Shown piece after piece: positions 7,489-10,127 of a stretch of 10,127 nt of DNA. The stretch is taken from the IMG/VR virus record IMGVR_UViG_2778261152_000007; one strand, 5' to 3'. The translations under genes were made by a program, and so were the position numbers. The DNA is from a virus. Taxonomy: Duplodnaviria; Heunggongvirae; Uroviricota; Caudoviricetes. The number at the start of each line of letters is the position of its first letter. Within the stretch, counting starts at the first letter, position 1. The notes under the pieces are model-generated. The model ran no database searches and was not told where the DNA came from. It saw only the letters and a program-made list of their open reading frames with translations.

Positions 7489-8220
7489 TTACATCATGTC
7501 TTTTTCTAAAAAAAATCTTGATGAATATTGATGGGGAGGAACACCAAAATACCTTCTGAAAACACTTACAAAATATGACGTGTTTTCATAACCGCATATC
7601 TCAGCAACTTTTCCAACAGAATATAAATTGTAGCTTAATAACCTTTCCGCCATCACCATTCGCTCTTCAAGAATTAACTTACTAAATGATAAGCCTTCGT
7701 GCTTTAATTTTCTTTTTAACAGACTTTCACTCAGATACAGTCTTGAAGATATATCACAAAGTCTCCATGCTGCAGATATATCCGTGTGAATAATAGCCTT
7801 AACTTTACTTCCTAAACTATTAAGATATCCAAATAAAAAACTTTGCACTATTTTCTCTGAAGATAAGATAGCAAGACATGCAAGTGATATTTGATTTCTA
7901 ACAAAATCCACAGTTCTGCCATCACAATTCAAGCATGCAATCAAGTTCTTTAACAATGAAAAATCTTCACATTCCACCATCAAGTATGCCGGATAAAACC
8001 TTCTTACAGAAAAAGGTGAGAGTGTGTTGCTTTTAAAGAAATCATTAACTGTTTTTTCTTCAACATCTACGATCATTACATGATCTATATTTGATGAAAA
8101 AAAATCTTTTAAATTGTAATCAATGAGAACAGCACTTCCTTTTTTAAACAAAATATCTTCTTTACCAATTCGGACATCAAACGAGTTCAACACCAAAATG
8201 ATAGAACATATGTATAGCAT
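7489..8220 (-). CDS. AraC/XylS-family transcriptional regulator, AppY/YdeO/GadX-like
   Basis: C-terminal ESLLKRKLKHEGLSFSKLILEERMVMAERLL...VAEICGYENTSYFVSVFRRYFGVPPHQY is the AraC-type double-HTH signature. The N-terminus resembles AppY from memory. Preferred ATG at 8220 has AGGTGG 5 nt upstream; the track ORF starts at a GTG at 8229. The gene is very AT-rich (about 30% G+C in a line counted by hand). Confidence 0.85.
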   Translation of the reverse strand: MLYICSIILVLNSFDVRIGKEDILFKKGSAVLIDYNLKDFFSSNIDHVMIVDVEEKTVNDFFKSNTLSPFSVRRFYPAYLMVECEDFSLLKNLIACLNCDGRTVDFVRNQISLACLAILSSEKIVQSFLFGYLNSLGSKVKAIIHTDISAAWRLCDISSRLYLSESLLKRKLKHEGLSFSKLILEERMVMAERLLSYNLYSVGKVAEICGYENTSYFVSVFRRYFGVPPHQYSSRFFLEKDMM

Positions 8221-8570
8221 ATTATCCACCTGATATCATTGGGGTTACACCAGGTAAGTATAGGTGGAAAATCAATATTCGCCAGTTCAACAATAAGGAA
8301 AATTTCATTGCATACAAGTATAAAATTATGTATTTAACTCACAAAGACAAATTATTAAACCAATCTGTTATATTATATATAGCTGCGTGGAATCATAATA
8401 TTATATATTTTGACTGGCATGTTTACTAACTTTAAGTTGCATCTCAATTGTTTCTTCAGCGTAAACAGAGTTTTTATACAAACTGACACTCTGGGTATCA
8501 TAGTGTAGTTTTTACGATTGTAAATATCCTGCATGCAGGAACTCATCCTTTTGGATGATATCGCATACAA

Positions 8571-9530
8571 TTAATTTACCATCAGTCTTAGAGCCAGTTC
8601 GTCCGGATAGGGATCGAAGTAATTCTGTGTAAGCAAGTAATCATTAGGATACTCACCCAGATAATGCTTCAGCAGAGTCAACGGCGCAAGAAGAGGTAAT
8701 GTGCCAGAACGATAGTTAAGTATAACCTCGCTCAACTCTTTACGCTGGCGTGTACTTAAGTAGTTACTAAAATACCCCTGTATATGCATCAGCACATTCG
8801 TGTGATTTTTACGTGATGCAGGTTTTCTGAGAATCGCCATCAGCTTATCACGATACACCTCAAAGTATGATTCAAGGTCCGCCCACTCGTGTATTGCAGC
8901 CACAAATGGTCCCATATCTTTATAGCCTGCCTGACTATGCGCCAACAACTGAAGCTTATAACGACTATGAAAAGCTAATAACTCTCTTCTTGATAATTTC
9001 TCCTTGTAAAGGTGATTGAGCTCATGCAAAGCAAAAACTCTTTCAACAAAATTCTCACGAAGCACTGGATCATGTAATCGCCCATCCTCTTCAACCGGTA
9101 GCCAGGAAAACTTTTCCATCAAAGTGCTCGTAAATAGTCCCACTCCATCTTTACGACCTCGATTACCATTTTCATCATAGACACGCACGCGCTCCATGCC
9201 ACAGCTGGGAGATTTAGCACAAACCACAAACCCCGATACATCCTTTAATTTGTCCATATAAGAACGACTAAACTCTGTCATTCTCTCTGTCACATCCTCA
9301 TTCTGGTCGTGGCTGAAACACATCCGTATATTTCCTTGCGTCGAGCGCACAAGACGTAGAGCAGGACGCGGAACTGGCAGCCCTATAGCCATTTCCGGAC
9401 ATACTGGTCTGAATGTTACCCATTCCACTAATTTGTCCATTAAAAAGTCAGCTCTTTTGTGACCACCATCAAAACGAACAGCAGAACCGGCCAAACAACC
9501 GCTGATTCCAATCACAGGTTTTTTTATCAT
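8571..9530 (-). CDS. DUF523 (TudS-like, putative [4Fe-4S] thiouracil desulfidase) fused to DUF1722 (YbgA-like) protein
   Basis: 319-aa ORF. ATG at 9530 with AGGGGGAG upstream. N-terminal VIGISGCLAGSAVRFDGG, PVCPE and KSPSCG supply three conserved Cys as in TudS-type proteins. The C-terminal half resembles YbgA/DUF1722. Domain assignment is from memory. Confidence 0.8.
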   Translation of the reverse strand: MIKKPVIGISGCLAGSAVRFDGGHKRADFLMDKLVEWVTFRPVCPEMAIGLPVPRPALRLVRSTQGNIRMCFSHDQNEDVTERMTEFSRSYMDKLKDVSGFVVCAKSPSCGMERVRVYDENGNRGRKDGVGLFTSTLMEKFSWLPVEEDGRLHDPVLRENFVERVFALHELNHLYKEKLSRRELLAFHSRYKLQLLAHSQAGYKDMGPFVAAIHEWADLESYFEVYRDKLMAILRKPASRKNHTNVLMHIQGYFSNYLSTRQRKELSEVILNYRSGTLPLLAPLTLLKHYLGEYPNDYLLTQNYFDPYPDELALRLMVN

Positions 9531-9640
9531 ATTCTCCCCCTTGACTAATTCATTAACACATAAACTGTGTAGTGCACGGAATAAATTGCCTTTCTGGCGT
9601 CATCACTGACAATTTTTCTGTTATGGACTATTCCTAATAT

Positions 9641-9690
9641 AGTATGAAAGTTCTTTAAGTGATCGGTCGTAATCATCTATCTTTCATACT
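9641..9690. promoter_or_regulatory. Perfect 10-bp inverted repeat (AGTATGAAAG ... CTTTCATACT) with a 30-bp spacer in the divergent promoter region; candidate operator
   Basis: 9641..9650 is the exact reverse complement of 9681..9690. The right arm overlaps a CATACTTA element resembling an RpoS-type -10, about 30 nt upstream of the lipocalin ATG. Confidence 0.35.
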
Positions 9691-9722
9691 TACTCTCAAC
9701 TATCAAAAGTACAGGATTTATT

Positions 9723-10055
9723 ATGAAGTTATGGCCTGTGTTGACTGGCATTGCACTCTCTTTCACTCTTATAGCATGTAAGGCCCCGACACCACCTAAA
9801 GGTGTGCAGCCGATTACAAATTTTGACGCCAACCGCTACCTCGGAAAATGGTATGAAATAGCTCGCCTCGAGAACCGGTTCGAACGTGGTCTGGAACAGG
9901 TCAGCGCTACTTATGGAAAACGGAACGACGGAGGGATTCGTGTACTTAACCGTGGATACGATCCAACGAAAAATAAATGGAGCGAGAGCGAAGGTAAAGC
10001 ATACTTTACTGGAGATACTAAAACTGCAGCATTGAAGGTTTCGTTTTTTGGGTAA
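9723..10055 (+). pseudogene. blc: Blc-like outer-membrane lipocalin lipoprotein, truncated after codon 110 by IS1 (stop codon supplied by the IS1 terminus)
   Basis: MKLWPVLTGIALSFTLIACKAPTPPKG...NFDANRYLGKWYEIARLENRFERGL...SEGKAYFTGDTKTAALKVSFFG aligns with the first ~110 residues of E. coli Blc (lipobox LIAC). The frame ends at TAA 10053..10055, inside the IS1 end that starts at 10051. Full-length lipocalins are about 170-180 aa. Confidence 0.85.
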
Positions 10056-10127
10056 TGACTCCAACTTATTGATAGTGTTTTATGTTCAGATAATGCCCGA
10101 TGACTTTGTCATGCAGCTCCACCGATT
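10051..10127 (-). mobile_element. IS1: IS1 insertion sequence, second copy, IRR terminus (continues beyond window end)
   Basis: 10051..10127 reads GGTAATGACTCCAACTTATTGATAGTGTTTTATGTTCAGATAATGCCCGATGACTTTGTCATGCAGCTCCACCGATT, the reverse complement of the IS1 right end. It has the same orientation as the copy at 1..402. Confidence 0.95.

Noticed and set aside
8373-8570. 65-aa ORF in the AT-rich region upstream of the AraC-family gene
   Set aside because: Begins with TTG immediately after the upstream gene's stop, lies in extremely AT-rich sequence where random ORFs are common, and has no RBS or recognisable motif. Kept only as a possible regulatory region.
9729-10064. 111-aa minus-strand ORF antisense to the lipocalin gene
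   Set aside because: Antisense to a CDS with clear lipocalin motifs and running into the IS1 terminus; almost certainly spurious.
1-10127. Possibility that the window is a circular element with one IS1 copy split across the ends
   Set aside because: The IS1 segment at the window end (77 nt from the IRR) and the one at the start (beginning inside insB) are not contiguous; about 290 bp of IS1 is missing between them, so two copies or a larger replicon are implied.

Overview
The window is mostly a decayed Rac-like lambdoid prophage segment followed by an AT-rich accessory block, bracketed by two partial IS1 copies in the same (minus) orientation. Almost every gene is on the minus strand. From left to right: IS1 (1..402); a terminase large-subunit gene cut at its 3' end by that IS1; a long terminase small subunit; a small HTH gene; a translationally coupled pair encoding a GT2-type glycosyltransferase and a ParB-like protein; an AT-rich trkG potassium-transporter moron with its own terminator; a complete phage-21-type lysis cassette (pinholin, SAR endolysin, Rz with embedded Rz1); an AppY/YdeO-like AraC regulator; a TudS(DUF523)-DUF1722 protein; a divergent lipocalin gene cut by the second IS1 (10051..end). 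No rRNA, tRNA or CRISPR array was recognised. The most interesting candidate for an undescribed system is the coupled ParB-like/glycosyltransferase pair directly upstream of the packaging genes. All protein identifications are from reading the translations and from memory of family motifs; no database search was run.
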